From: Ylistrum balloti
Taxonomy: Eukaryota
Length of the DNA: 64,000 nt
Assembly (NCBI RefSeq): GCF_031769215.1
Contig: NW_026782246.1
Location: 186,001-250,000 of the forward strand
Direction: 5' to 3'
Both the position numbers and the translations under genes were made by a program. Below are positions 1-13,239 of this stretch, piece by piece; position 1 is the first letter of the stretch; each line of letters begins with the position of its first letter. The notes below the pieces were generated by a model, which saw only the letters and a program-made list of their open reading frames with translations, made no database searches and was not told where the DNA came from.

Positions 1-390
1 GAGAGATATATATTCAATACTTCTTTAGAATTTGAGATAACAATATTTATTAGGCGAAATCCAAGATTGTCGGCCATTTTGTTTTTCCGATTAGTCTTAA
101 AATGAAATGTGAGAAAGATCTATACAGTAGATATTAAGAAATAGCGATAATAAACTTTCAAAGTCAAAATTCAAGATGGCCGCTAATACGCCATTAAGTT
201 TTTCTGATCAGACCCAAAATCAAATGGGCACAACAAGGGACCGTGGGGACCCTACATATGAAATCTAAGAAAATCCATTTTGTACTTCTGAAGAAATAGA
301 GACAACAAGAGATTCATCAACTACTTCTCAAGAATAAATAAGAAAAATAATTAACGGACGGACGGACCACGGACACTAAATTGTCGATAA
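1..390. repeat. Mollusc-type non-autonomous repeat fragment with (GGAC)n microrepeat and CAAGATGGCCGC/CGGCCATTTT subunits (Helentron/HINE-like)
   Basis: Subunits at 69-80 and 171-183; ACGGACGGACGGAC at 354-367. A similar ACGGACGAACGGAC end occurs near 49553-49566. Confidence 0.5.
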
Positions 391-890
391 GCGGCCATCT
401 GATGATGGTGGGCTAATTAAATAGAACAATTACATGTACATTTTAGCGTGTAGACAAAAAACATGTGCGGGAAAAAACACATCGAATACTGAAAATAACA
501 TTTTCTTTCAAACATCTGGTATTAACTATATGTATGTTGTTGTTGATACAATCGCATGTATTTAAATTACATGCATTGTTATATAAAATGATACGGGATT
601 ATGACTTGCTCAAGTCATTATTTCCTAAAATTGATACAAAATAATGTGTACACACACAGGTACCGATCACACTTTATCATTCTTGTTAGTTGCTATTATA
701 TATCGTTCTTTATCATAGGTACTAACGTAGATAATAGTCACTCATAATATGTTAAATATACTTTGAACAGTACCTGCGTATATAATATTGTACACCCCTC
801 CCCCTACAGCAGGAATGACAACAAGACAATTTCAGGGGGGAAACCCACACGCTGTGTACAATATTATGTATTTGCGACATTGAAGCGTAC

Positions 891-1167
891 CTAATCTGTT
901 GAGCCCGTGACTGTAGTGACCCCGATAATCGGCCGACACCAGAAGATCGGCAAGTGCTTCTGCGTGCCCCCTCTTGGTCCCTACCGCCTCCATACACCGC
1001 ACCACATAACTGTGCAACTCCTCCCGGGCGACCACGCCTTGTCCTTGAGACGTCATCTTTCTAAGTGGTGTTAGGATTGAAGCAAACCCGTCCTGTATCA
1101 CTCCGGGACGTTGTAGGGTCAAAAGGGTACGTATGTACGGTGTTATCAACTTAAGTGTCAACCTCAT
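891..1167 (-). CDS. Ldh_2-family oxidoreductase paralog 0, first coding exon only (remaining exons lie left of the window); possible N-terminal mitochondrial presequence
   Basis: ORF reads ...[48 protein letters not shown], with the family motif ADxRGxxSHG. Phase-1 donor (G|GTACGC) at 890, the same position as intron 1 of paralogs A-C. Second Met at 1056 aligns with the starts of A-C. Confidence 0.9.
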
Positions 1168-2885
1168 ACTTCATGTTTACCCCATGATCGTAACTCCTTT
1201 CGGAACCCCTCGTACTTGTTTGAAAAATAGTCTTGCAACAGTCCGCGGTGTTTGATATACAAATTAATAATATTTTCTTGTGATATTTTCCCGCGATAAA
1301 ACAAAATAAAAATATTATCTACAACAATTAAGAAACGATGATATTAGGTACTTAGATATGGGAAACTATTGAGCACAATCTTGACAGTAAGACATAAACA
1401 CACATGTATGTATATTCTACATGTTCTACGGTGTGCACAGATGTACTGCCTGAAACCGCAGCACACATGCATGTAGTGTATGTGTATTTACCTATAAATC
1501 TTACACCCATGCTTCGATGTACATGAATGTGTATTATGTATGATGCTAAATCACACACATTTATGAGGTATAATCATTAAAAATTCCCTTTGAATATCGT
1601 TAGTGATTCAGATCATAATAATGACCGACATTGCCTCTGTGATAGACATGTCTCGGTATAGTCTAAATATTGATGTATACGTTTTTATTTCAATATTGCT
1701 GTTAAAGTGAGAATATTTCTATTTTCGTGAAATAATTTTGCAATGCATTTAAGTTAAAAAAATATATAAGAAAATATCAAAGATTTACCCTTATATACAT
1801 ATATCATGTAAACTGTACTGATTTTTATAAAAGAGACTATACTTTTAAGACAATTAAAATCCATTGTTCTTAAACACACACCAGTTCCTTCTAGCCCACA
1901 TTTTTTACCTGTAAAATATAATGTGGGCTAAGTGGGAATACAGGATATACACATACTTGAGTCCGTGCTACGTACGACTATGAAAATTTCATTGTGAATT
2001 CAGTAATTTTATAAAGGACAACGCTAACTCGATTGTCGGTGGTACTGAGGTCACTACTCATAATATCCATCTATATTTAGATAGAGGTTAATTCGGTTTG
2101 TGTCTTATCATAGTCGTAGTGATATCCTCCTTCAGCTTCAACTCCTTCGGTAAATAACACTAAACACACAGGTATAACGACGGGTTCACGTGTGATCTCG
2201 GCTGAAAGTATGACAAATTCCATTTATTGAAGTTTAGATTAAATGTAGAATAAAAAAAACAACGATATTCAGCAAAATATTGAACTCTTTTATCTAGAAC
2301 ACAAATAAAGGTGAATTTTTTAAAGTAGTAACTGTAAACAAAATAAATTATCTTCGACAAAAAGCAACCTGAAAATTGAAGTAGTTCAATGCATTGTCAT
2401 TATAGGCGTGCTAAAAGAGGTCAGGTGTGAATGGAATTAAAGCCTGGTGTTTGACAGTCCTACACTATCACGATGTGAAAGGTGTCACTACACAGTGTTT
2501 ATATACACGTGTGGTTTGTCCTTTACATTTTATGTGTGTTTTTTTTTTTTCAATTGATTAAAAGATTTTATTGCAAAGAGTGATATATTATTTAAGATGA
2601 TCTTGTTATAAGGAAGCAAAGTAGCAGATGTATGTCCCGAACGTGTTCTTGAATGTGACCAATCCGAGTTAGAGAGATTTTGTGATAGAATATTTTAAAT
2701 AGATATATATTTTCGTTTAATTGTTCATGAATTTTTAGAAGTTTAATGACACGTGTCGCGCGCAGATCTATCCACCGCAGGTCGTTACAGCTTCAGTAAT
2801 GCATGGAGTATAACACGGTTGACTTCAAACACAGTCGTACAGTCATTCTATGATACTCGTTGTATTGTTAATATACTTGTAGGAA

Positions 2886-5800
2886 ATGGCGGGGATGGAC
2901 GAGGTTGTCGTGAGTATGGCCGAGCTGGACCGCTATGTTGTCAGCTGTATGATGGCCAGCGGGGCAACCGAGGAGAGCGCACGAGTTATGTCTGACCTTC
3001 TTGTTACTGCAGATTACCGTGGACACTACAGCCACGGACTCAACCGAATAGGTAAATATCACTCACAAATATCCCCACCCCCTTCTTAGATTTTTGTGTT
3101 GATTTGAATATGAGTTTTGTAAAAAAAAAAAAAAAAGGCGTCCTTAAGTGAGATAAATGATCGATGGTCCAATCAGATACAGTGTTTGAGTCTTAGTTTT
3201 TTCACAAAACTTTACCCAGTCTTGTATAAATCTAAATTTTCACTTGTTGTAATGCAGACAGGAAGGAGACGTGACAGGGGCGTGTGAAATGGCCGAGTGG
3301 GCGTTACTAAATTAAGAACAATTTAAAGTCGAATGCCGTAAAATTTTCACGTCAGAAACCAAAAATAGGCAATTGTTCATATGATTTATCTGTACAAGTG
3401 TTAAGTATCTGTCATTTTTTTCTGATCCAAAATTCCAACGGAAATATTTCGTGTTAATGTGAATAAGATGTGTTGGAAAATTACATTGAAAGTACTGAAT
3501 TCAATTCTATCTGACAGCTAGCCATTGGCACAAGTAACGGAAGTAAGGTATATTAAGTGTTTTAAAATTATTTTTAAGTGTAATATAGCATTAAGCAACA
3601 TTACAGTGAAAATGAAAATATTGATGAAATCGTCTCGCATGAATAAATATGAAGCATCATGTAAATGATGATATGTAAACTCTATAAAGATTGAATGCTA
3701 TCTCTGTCATAATACAAGCAAAATATTCATAATAGATGTATGTTGTATAGTATTACAGTACGCGTAGTTTACGTCAGGGACTGTATGTCTACATATATCA
3801 TGTGTTTTCCTCAGCTTAATTCGTCAAATGACTGACAAGCTCCTAACACAAGGGTTCAAAAGATGAAGGTTGATGAAAATTATGGGGAAGTTTTATGGTC
3901 GCCATAGTGATCTCATTGAGAAATATTTTATTTCTTTTTGCGACATGAAGCTGGACGTATTTGGTGCTTATTAGGTTGTCTGTTGGTTCCGTTGTTGAAT
4001 ATAGTGTTCGCATTTGGAAACGTGACATTACTTACTAGGATTGACCAAGGTTTACATGGCGGGTGTCGTCAATGAAGCAGAAGACGCTTACTCTTCCTGA
4101 GCACATGGTCTTATTCTCTTTGTACTTTTTCAGGAGTCTCGGTGTAAATCTTCCTTTTGTTCATATTTTGGTCTACTTTTATGGAATTTGAATTGTGATT
4201 ATGTTGCCATGTTGGTATGTTCTTAATGTGTTTTGTTGAGATACTCGATCTGCCAAGATCATACCTCCACCCCCAGAAAAACTTCAATCCTTGAAATCAT
4301 TAGAGAGGTATTACAGGAATACAACTTAATGGATAGTGTATATTGTTTAAAATATTATGTTATAATTTTGATAGATGTTTACACGTCAGAAGTCCAGAAC
4401 GGGGTCGCGTGTGGAGGAGGAAAGGAGCCAACTGTTGTCAAGGAAACCGTAGCTACAGCACTTATCGATGGCAACAATTTATTGGGTACGTATGATATAA
4501 GTAAAATAAAAATGTGTTTTAGGGTTTAAATTTTGTAAGTTCAACATGAAAATTAATTAAATAAATAAAAAATACTAAAAACACTGGGCATTATCCTTTT
4601 ATGTTGTTAAAATTGTATGGTCAAGTTTCTAAAGAGTTGTCCTAATTTTCCTATTAAGATTTGACGATGATGTTTAGAATAATTCAATATCTATTCCATA
4701 TATTAGTTTAGTTTCCAAATTTCAAAGTTATTTTAAATTCATTTTATTCATGTATGAAAAATTAACTAGTTAAATTTGAAATAATTATCTACGGTAATCT
4801 GTATGATATTAATCTTGTCAATTTTTTGTTCTAAATCATGCGAGTGATATATTTTGTAAAATTGCATGTGGTATATCTTGAACACTGTCTATTATATTCT
4901 CATTTAAGTCTAAAAACATTGTTTTATGAGAAAAAAAAATGTTGTAGATAATTTTTGGTTGTTTACATTAATTTACGTTCTGGTAAATCTAATGTAATTA
5001 TTTTATCTTTTTAACACAGTTGTCCATTGAATGAGAAAATTTGTCGTCCATGTTATTGATCTGCTGTTGTTTATAACATACCTTTACCGTGACATTTAGC
5101 ATTTCCTCTTACAAATCCATGTTAGATAAATTAGCTTTTAACCTATGAAAAAAGAATGACATGTACTTCATTAGAGAGGTAATTAGTTAACGCGACGCTC
5201 AGGCCGTATGTTAATGTTACGGGACGTTTATCCTTTTGCAGGCCCCGTAGTAGGGAAGTACGCGATGGACGTGGCTATCCAGAAGGCTAAAAATGCTGGT
5301 GTTGGAATCGTTACTGTCAGAGGTAAGTTTACAGTAATCAACAATATATAAATATATAGAAATCATATATGTAACATTAAATCAATTTAGAAACACTGAA
5401 AAAAAATTCGGAAATGGAAAATAAATTTGCTTTTTAAGATGACGGAGTCAGTCACCACGAGGAAGAAAATATAGTTAATCTACACGGCAAAAAGTTATTT
5501 ATCTCCTCGGAGTTAAATAACCTATCGGATCACAGAAGAAAATTTTCTTTTTTGCGCAAAGGTGGCGAATGGGCACCTGTATGAACTATAAATGCTATGT
5601 GTGTAATTAATCGCTATTTTCTGTGCAGTGACACAGATAGCGAGATGTGCGGTTAGGTTTCTGATGTTTGATACAGAGTCAACACATCTACACAGACCTG
5701 TGTACCTAGTTATTGAATACGTGCACCAAGTTTTATATCTCGCAGTTATTATATGTATTTAGATATTTAAAGAAAATTTTCAACACATATGTGTTTAGTC

Positions 5801-8800
5801 TTTCGCCATCCCTCACCATTTTATTACATATCCGGAACGTCTTTGCATTCATTTCTCTGTTCATATTCTTTGCTGCTTGGAAACATTCAATAAGCAATAC
5901 AAAATATTCACTTTTCACATACAAATCATTTTTATTCCACCCTATAATCAAACGTTAAAGTATGTTACAATAAAAACGACAATAATATCTTTCACATTGT
6001 TCTTGTAAGGTTTCGGAATTTAAAACAAAATAGGCTGGTTCGTTTAGGTTGAAACACACAGAAGATAAGCTAGATTTTAATATGATGTGATTTCCATTGT
6101 TATCAATAACGTCTACAGCTGCGTACAGTGCTACAAGTCTTCCCACTGACAAAATATTATAATATGATGATAAATATACTGTTTTTGTCTGCCATGGCTT
6201 GAGGCACAGACCCTTATGCAGAATGGTTTGGATTTTGTTTAAAGCAAAAGTTCAAGTTAGGTGGCCCCCGTTTTGAACGAAGTACATTCTGGCCTTTAAT
6301 CATCTTCCTAATTTGCGTTCCAGACTTCAGCACATTCAATCAATGAGCATAAATAGTATAAATCTTGCAAGCCCTTGCTGTTCTTTAACCTGATATTGAA
6401 GTCTGCACGTTTTGGGTCATATTTCGATAGTTTACTACATTTCCTCATAGAAGTTGACATGTGATTGTGTAGAGATGTAAGATAGAAAGTGTGAGAGGAA
6501 AACTACTTTGACGTAGTTACATACTTGCTTTTGTTTCAGGTTCAAATCATTACGGGATAGCTGGCTGGTACAGCCTCCGGGCAACAGAACAAGGTCTTCT
6601 GGTGTGTATGTTGAACTCTATAAACTTACAGAAGGTGTAACGTGTGATAAAAAGGAAGATAATTTACAAAGTATGTAAAATGTAACTGCTTTCACTATGT
6701 TATTATCGATGTGTTTATTTTAGTGATTTTGATATGATACAAAATCTCAGAATTCTCAACGATAGATAATACTGGTTTTTGGTTTTATACTTCGTTTATT
6801 ATTCATCTGTTTATTTAGGTTCAGTTTTAATGCTTTGAGTTCATATATTTTTCTTTAAATACACCTATAGCCCGATGAATATATTTATACGTCTTTATAG
6901 ACTCATTCGGCATGACGTCCAATCAATACCATATCATACCATTGCGACAAAGAGAAGTTTGCGTCAAAAGTGGGGATCCGTTTGAAGTCTAAGAGAAATT
7001 GAAAGAACTTATTCCTATGTTACTTCCGCATTATATATTTCAAGTGTTGCTCGCATGAATTTCAGGGTATGTCAATGACGAATTCCTCATCGGTGACAAT
7101 TCCAACCCGATCCAAAACCGTAAGTTTCTATGATCACGAAGAACTTAATATGGTTATAAAAGAAGCGGGAAAGTGTGAATGTCGGTTTGTTTTTACTCAA
7201 TTGAACTTGCGGCTTGCATACAATCGATCAAACTCCATGAAGGAAGAACAACATTGAGAAGGACAACATGCTTTCTCAAACTCCCCGATATTATCTAAAG
7301 AGAAATGTTAAAACTTTCGTTTTCTGACATTACCAACCCGAAGAAATTGAACACGGTCGTTTTGTAAATGAAAGTATTTTTAATTTGTATTTTAATAGAG
7401 ATCTCTTGGCACAAACCCTATTAGCTTTGCGGCCCTTGGGAAGGACGGGGACAGTTTCGCTCTAGACATGGCCACATCCAGTGTGGCCTGGGGTAAGGTA
7501 GGTACGATATTTACTTGATATGACTTTTAGATGTTTTATATGAGAAAACATTTCGAAGATTAATTTGAATATTCCTAGATTTCAACACTTTTGGCCCCTA
7601 ACATCGCTAACGAATCAAAGAAGAACAACCATTTAAGTCGTGTAGTTTTCACTAATTCATTATTTGGCTATGTTATATCTTTGTATTTAAATGTGTTATT
7701 CACCTGCATCTTTTGTGCAGTCCTCCTTAACAGGCATTTACGTGATAACGGCAAACATTTCAAAGATAAAGTATGACTACTGATATAGAATGATAATTCT
7801 GAAATAAGGTATAGGGAAATGTGATAACAAAATCTTTTGTAAATGTCTAAGAACGGATGTTTAATTGATATCAGTTATGGACGTTGTTTTTACTTCTGAT
7901 ATATAACGTAGGTTGAACTGAAGCAGAGGAAGGGTGAGACCTTACCTAACGGCTGGGCTACCGACAAAGACGGCCACGTGAGTATGTTTTTTGAGTGATG
8001 TATCTTAAATCAAGGCGTTCCTTTCAATTATATGTATATGTTTCTTTGTTGGACTTCAATACTAAGTCGGTTATAGTACTGGCCTACTTAACCTGATGTA
8101 CATGAAGTTGAGGCTGGTTTACGAAGCCTTTTAAGAGACTATATTTAGTTTGATAGTGTAGAATCAAAGGACAACAATTCTTACCATACCACCTCTGATG
8201 CGACCAGTCAGTGGAACTATATTACAATAGCTACCAATCATACGTTGTTACACTACTTAGCAATCGGAGTTAAATTAATGTTCAAAATGGATTAAGTTAT
8301 GGAAATGTTTGTATTAAATTGTCGATTTTTTCAAATTCCAAATGTAGTGCACTGAGGTAAGCTCAACATTGTATTCGATATTACCGTTAACTCAATAAGA
8401 CACCGTTCAATCACTATTAAATAAATATGAAAATTCAATGAACACAAATGAGTGTCATGAATAAACGATGCTTATTGACATAATACATATATATTGTTTA
8501 ACTTTGTATAGGAAACACTTGATCCGTCTAATGTGGCCGGATTGCTGCCACTAGGAGGACTAGAGGAGAACAGTAGGTCAATTTCTTCAGTATAAGATAA
8601 CTAGAATTACACGTCGTGTTCTCATTAGTGGAAGCGAAGGCCAATTAATCCATGTACAGGTACCTCTTGAAGGTGAAAGATTTGATTACGGAAGAATGGC
8701 TAAAATTTCAATGTTCCAAGTCAACGCAACACGTCTCTCTGGTCAGACTAAGCTCCTCAATAAAAGGTGTTTCATGTTGTGCGCTGAGCACTCTTTAACG

Positions 8801-11800
8801 TCAGATATTTTAACGTTACGTTTGACAAGCCGATACCTTTTTAAATAGGTTGCGTTATGTTGTAATCTGGTAAGGATCTCTTACAAAACTGTTAATATAT
8901 ACCAAATAAAAGAAAAACCAGAAAAAGAACACGGGAATCATGTGATGGAAAACCATCTAAATAAAATTTCCACTGAACGGGAAAATCGGAGAATATCAAT
9001 GTAGTGACTAGAAAGCACCGCTCTGATAGATCAAAATTTCGGAAGCTATATCAGAAATACGGACTTGAATGATGATATACGTCTTTATCAAATTGATCAA
9101 TCTTATATCTCGCGGGGGAAAATGTAATGAAATATTCTTTCTATTGCCATTACCTTGTCTATGCGTTATTCATCATTCACAACAATAAAGTTAATTCAAC
9201 TCGAATTTACGATGTCGTGCATTTATTAATCAAAAGAAGTCATCTATTACTTATTAATTATTCATTATGATATGTTAAAATCTGTAAAAAAAGTACTCGA
9301 ATTTTTTGTTTTGTTTATTTTTTTGTTTTTTAAGGTGGTTACAAAGGTTACGGTCTGGCGATGATGGTAGAAGTTCTCACCAGTGTGTTGTCAGGGGCAG
9401 AGATGTGTTCATTTGTTAGGAAATGGAAAACATATGAAAAACCGGCAAACCTTGTAAGTTCAATGTTTATGTTTTCGTCATGAACTGCATAGCTATTAGC
9501 ATTGATACTATAACGTACCGGTATTTCAGAAATAGACAAAGAATGTGCGAACATGATAGCAGAATCTTGAGTCAACCTCAATGTTAATAAAACGAGCCAA
9601 AAACATGAACCAAAAAAAAAAAAAAAAAAGAAATATTCACACGACACGGAGACTCATGGAAATAATCGAGGAAAATAAGACAAGTTGTTCCAGAAGAGAA
9701 AGCGTCTTCTTCATCAACGATAATATACTCCAAATGAGAACATGGTTAATAGCGAAACATAAGTTATAGTAACGGGCATCAAACATTTTCTTTTATCAAC
9801 TTGTATCTCTTGAAACCGTGTGTTGTGAATTTGTCTGTCAGTTGCGAGAAATCGTGATACTGGGAAAAAGATTTGAATATCAAATGAACTGTGACATGTA
9901 AACATCACAGGTTGGGGATAAAGGGATGTTGCAAGCTTAAAGAGGGGTACAATTTGTTTACGCAAGTACTCCAATAGCTTGTTGGAAGATCTTATCATAT
10001 TGTTTTTCCTACATGAACGTAATGTTTCACTTAGCAATGACAAAGATCTTAATTGGAAAAGGGGAGGCAATTCTGCAAATGACGAAAGAAATGATAGATT
10101 TTCTGCCTTTGTGATTTGGTAGCGGTTTAATCTGATTAGAAATATTACACATGTAAGTTAACCATGTATTTTCCTTTATTCAACCAATAAAACCAATAGT
10201 TAGATTCACTTTACCAAACAATTTCCTAAATATACGTAGACTAGCTTATTTTCATCATGTTTTATTAACATATGACAAGACAAATATCATGTCACTTATT
10301 CAGACTCACGCGACTAACATTACTATACAGAATTTTCATATATATATATATTGTCAGATTGTGGTTGTGGACCGGTTTTGGGGTTTTGGCGATTGTCGCC
10401 AGATCTAAAATTCTCAGTGGTATTAATGTTTGCGATAAATGAGTGTTTTTGCCATCAAACTACTGTTAAACCCTTAAAGAATTGAGAACATACTAGTGGC
10501 GATCACTATTAAAATAACAACCTTTCAAAATTGTTAGCAAAGTTAATAAAACGATTTTTTGTTTCAACAATTTATGTTAACATACCATCTGATGTAAATC
10601 ATGTTTCAGGGTCACTGTTTTATGGCCATAGATCCTGAAGCTTTTGCAGACGGATTCACCGACAGAATGCAGAACCTAATGGACCATAATCGTAACCTTG
10701 AGCCGGTATGAAAGTCTATAAAGTAGCGAGATGATTGTACATATACATGTGTCCTGGGCATCTAATTCGCTTACTTATTTTCCAAAATGACTCACATGAA
10801 GTGAGATATGTCTGGACTAATCACCATGTGTTTAGCCGATATTTTAATGGGGCAAAGCAGACGTGCAAAATCATTATATCTTCATAAATAAATGTATTGA
10901 ATGGTAGCTCGTTTATCTGATACTACTTTCGAGCCAACGTAAATACAAATGAAATAAATTTCGTATGAAATGGAAAATGACATTTCGCTTGGATGTAGCA
11001 TATTGGCGATCTTCGAAGTAAATTTGTTTTCCATTGTTATAGTTCTGTCGATATTCGCGGTCATGACATTAAAAAATAATAATCTGGAATCTTTGGCTCT
11101 TAATAGGCCCTAGTTATAGTTGCCTTTTTAAAAATTATGTTCAATATTGAACACATATATGTTGATAAAACCATCATTTGGTAACATCCTGACAGGTGGA
11201 TGGCGAGCGAAAAGTCCTTGTTGCCGGAGATCCAGAGCGACAACACATGGCACTATGTGATAAGTTGAAGGGCATTCCCTACCATCCGAATCAGATAAAA
11301 TTTTTGGTATCTATAGATAAATCATTCATACTCATATTAATTCATATTCATGATATCTCATTTTCAATTCGAGCCAAATTTTACCATATATCTGTATATC
11401 AGATCAATACAAAATGTTGTTTTGATTTGTATTTATATCGATACATGTCAATCTTACATACAGAATTCGAAGCGTACATCTCTATCTATACAAAGCACAT
11501 TGTATGGGTTGACTTTTACCAAAAGAGCGCAAACGCTTTTTTCATAGGTCAATTAATGGATTGTGTGTTCCTTTCAATTTTTTTTTGTGATTTCACTCTA
11601 CCTCAGATAAAACGAAATAAAACGAAAACAATCTTTAAAGTAGCATTCTTAATAGTTTCAGTCAGTATAATGCTTGATATAATTTAGACTTCTGTAGATA
11701 CAGACATTGTCTAACTATATCATAATCCAAACCATGGAAAAATAAACAAAAGAAAGATTTACATGGAGACTTCTGAAATAGTACAAAGAGAAGAAGATCA

Positions 11801-12028
11801 GGTGTTCCGAAAGAGTAAGTGTCCTCTGCTTTATCGATGAACCCTCCATGTAAACCTTGGTCGATCCAAGCACATCTTAATAAATGTTGTTAAATCAGAA
11901 AAAGATAAAGTTTTTGACTTTAGACACTGTTTACAGCAATAGTATCATGACTTCTTCTCTCCCTACAGGATGGAATTGCAAAGCAGCTTGGCGTGAGCAC
12001 TCTGGAACATGTAATACCGGATAGCTGA
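2886..12028 (+). CDS. Ldh_2-family oxidoreductase paralog A (YjmC-like), 12 coding exons, 361 aa
   Basis: Exons 2886-3051, 4375-4485, 5242-5322, 6540-6601, 7066-7119, 7399-7497, 7912-7977, 8512-8572, 9335-9453, 10610-10705, 11196-11306, 11969-12028. All GT-AG; 1086 nt, open frame. Motifs [47 protein letters not shown] at 12210. Confidence 0.93.
11752..11870 (+). repeat. Dispersed ~120-140 bp repeat family (core GTGTTCCGGAAGAGTAAGC...TGCTTTATCGACGACAC), representative copy
   Basis: About 10 diverged copies read by eye: 4021-4155(-), 9640-9735, 11752-11870, 12980-13080, 20850-20945(-), 21670-21815, 30980-31070, 37210-37325, 43385-43455(-), 52200-52290(-). Confidence 0.8.
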
Positions 12029-12826
12029 AAGCGTTGATATCTTTTGTAATATTTAACTGTCGTGTTAGAGTGGTTTGTATTTAACCGGAATTTTTACTTG
12101 CAAGATATTTATATGATTATTTATAAATATTTGGATATTGCAGAGAACAATGTGTACTTTTTAACAAGATTACATAACTGTTATGTTATTTGCGGACCTC
12201 ATGCTCTTAAATAAAGGAAATATTTTGCTTCATTTTGTTATATTATGTTATTTATGTTTTATTCTGACATACAAACTACGGAGAATGGGTGATGATGGAT
12301 ATGTTATTTCCCAAATTTAATCAATAGGCTATATCTTTTTGCAACTGGGCTAGGCGCTTGAACACAATACCCTTGAGCGACTTCAAATCTTACCAATATA
12401 AAACCTTCAATGCAGATTGCGTTTGAGTTATGGCCCAAAGGCTATAAGACAGGGTTCCATTATGTGGGGAAAAACAATATAGGTCATCGAGCCCTGCCCG
12501 TCCCAATGCTAGCTATATGTACCTTGCCAGCCGACTACGGATGATAAAGAGTTGGCATTTAGAATATTAAGCATATTATGTTATATACATGGATGAAATC
12601 ATCAAAAAAACATTGATATGTGAATACTTGATAAATATTATGTTTGTTAATATGATATCGTATTCATCCTTTACAAACAATTTCAGTTCTGTAAACAACG
12701 CTTATTTTGGTTTCAGGTGACAAATGTAAAACAGACCATCTTCACATATGAGCGTTGTTTCTTATCTATATCCTTACATTCATCCCTATCGATTTATCGA
12801 TTTCGATTTCACACGATGCCTTCTAA

Positions 12827-12866
12827 ATCACTGACGAATCCTAAAAGGACGAAATAGCTGTATGAT
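12827..12866 (+). ncRNA. Minimal type-I hammerhead ribozyme motif (Penelope-like element type), copy 1
   Basis: ATCA-CTGACGA-ATCC-TAAAA-GGAC-GAAA-TAGCTG-TA-TGAT: stem I ATCA/TGAT, intact CUGANGA and GAAA core, stem II UCC/GGA with an A-C closing mismatch, near-palindromic stem III, GUA cleavage triplet (site after 12862). Confidence 0.7.
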
Positions 12867-13239
12867 GCAGTTTAATTAACTGTATAATGTAAAACAGCAA
12901 GAATAAATGAACATGTGCACATGATAATATTCCAAACTCAATTTCGATAAAATTGGAACAAAACTAGAAATAAAAGAATGAATTACACGGAGACTTTCGA
13001 AAATTTGAAAAAAAAACCAGATGTGCATAAGAGTAAGCCTCTTCTTCTTTATCGACGACACCCTCTCTTGGTCTTGTCAAGGCAAAGGTGGGGACAACAT
13101 ATATGGGAATTTAACATAAGCATCAGCCCCCACTTGGAATTTCAAAATACGATAACCATAAACAGATATGGGTATCAGAAGCTTAAATACGGAAAAGTTT
13201 GACTCGGAATTGATTTCTTATGGAATAGTACCAACCAAC

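Noticed and set aside
2941-2954. CAGCTGTATGATG match to the hammerhead 3' half in exon 1 of A (also near 16472 in B)
   Set aside because: It is coding sequence (VSCMM) with no GAAA or CUGANGA; coincidental.
5478-5580. HDV-like ribozyme suggested by TCCTCG and GGCGAATGGGC
   Set aside because: No P2 partner or nested pseudoknot could be built; it folds as a simple hairpin TTATTTATCTC-CTCG-GAGTTAAATAA.
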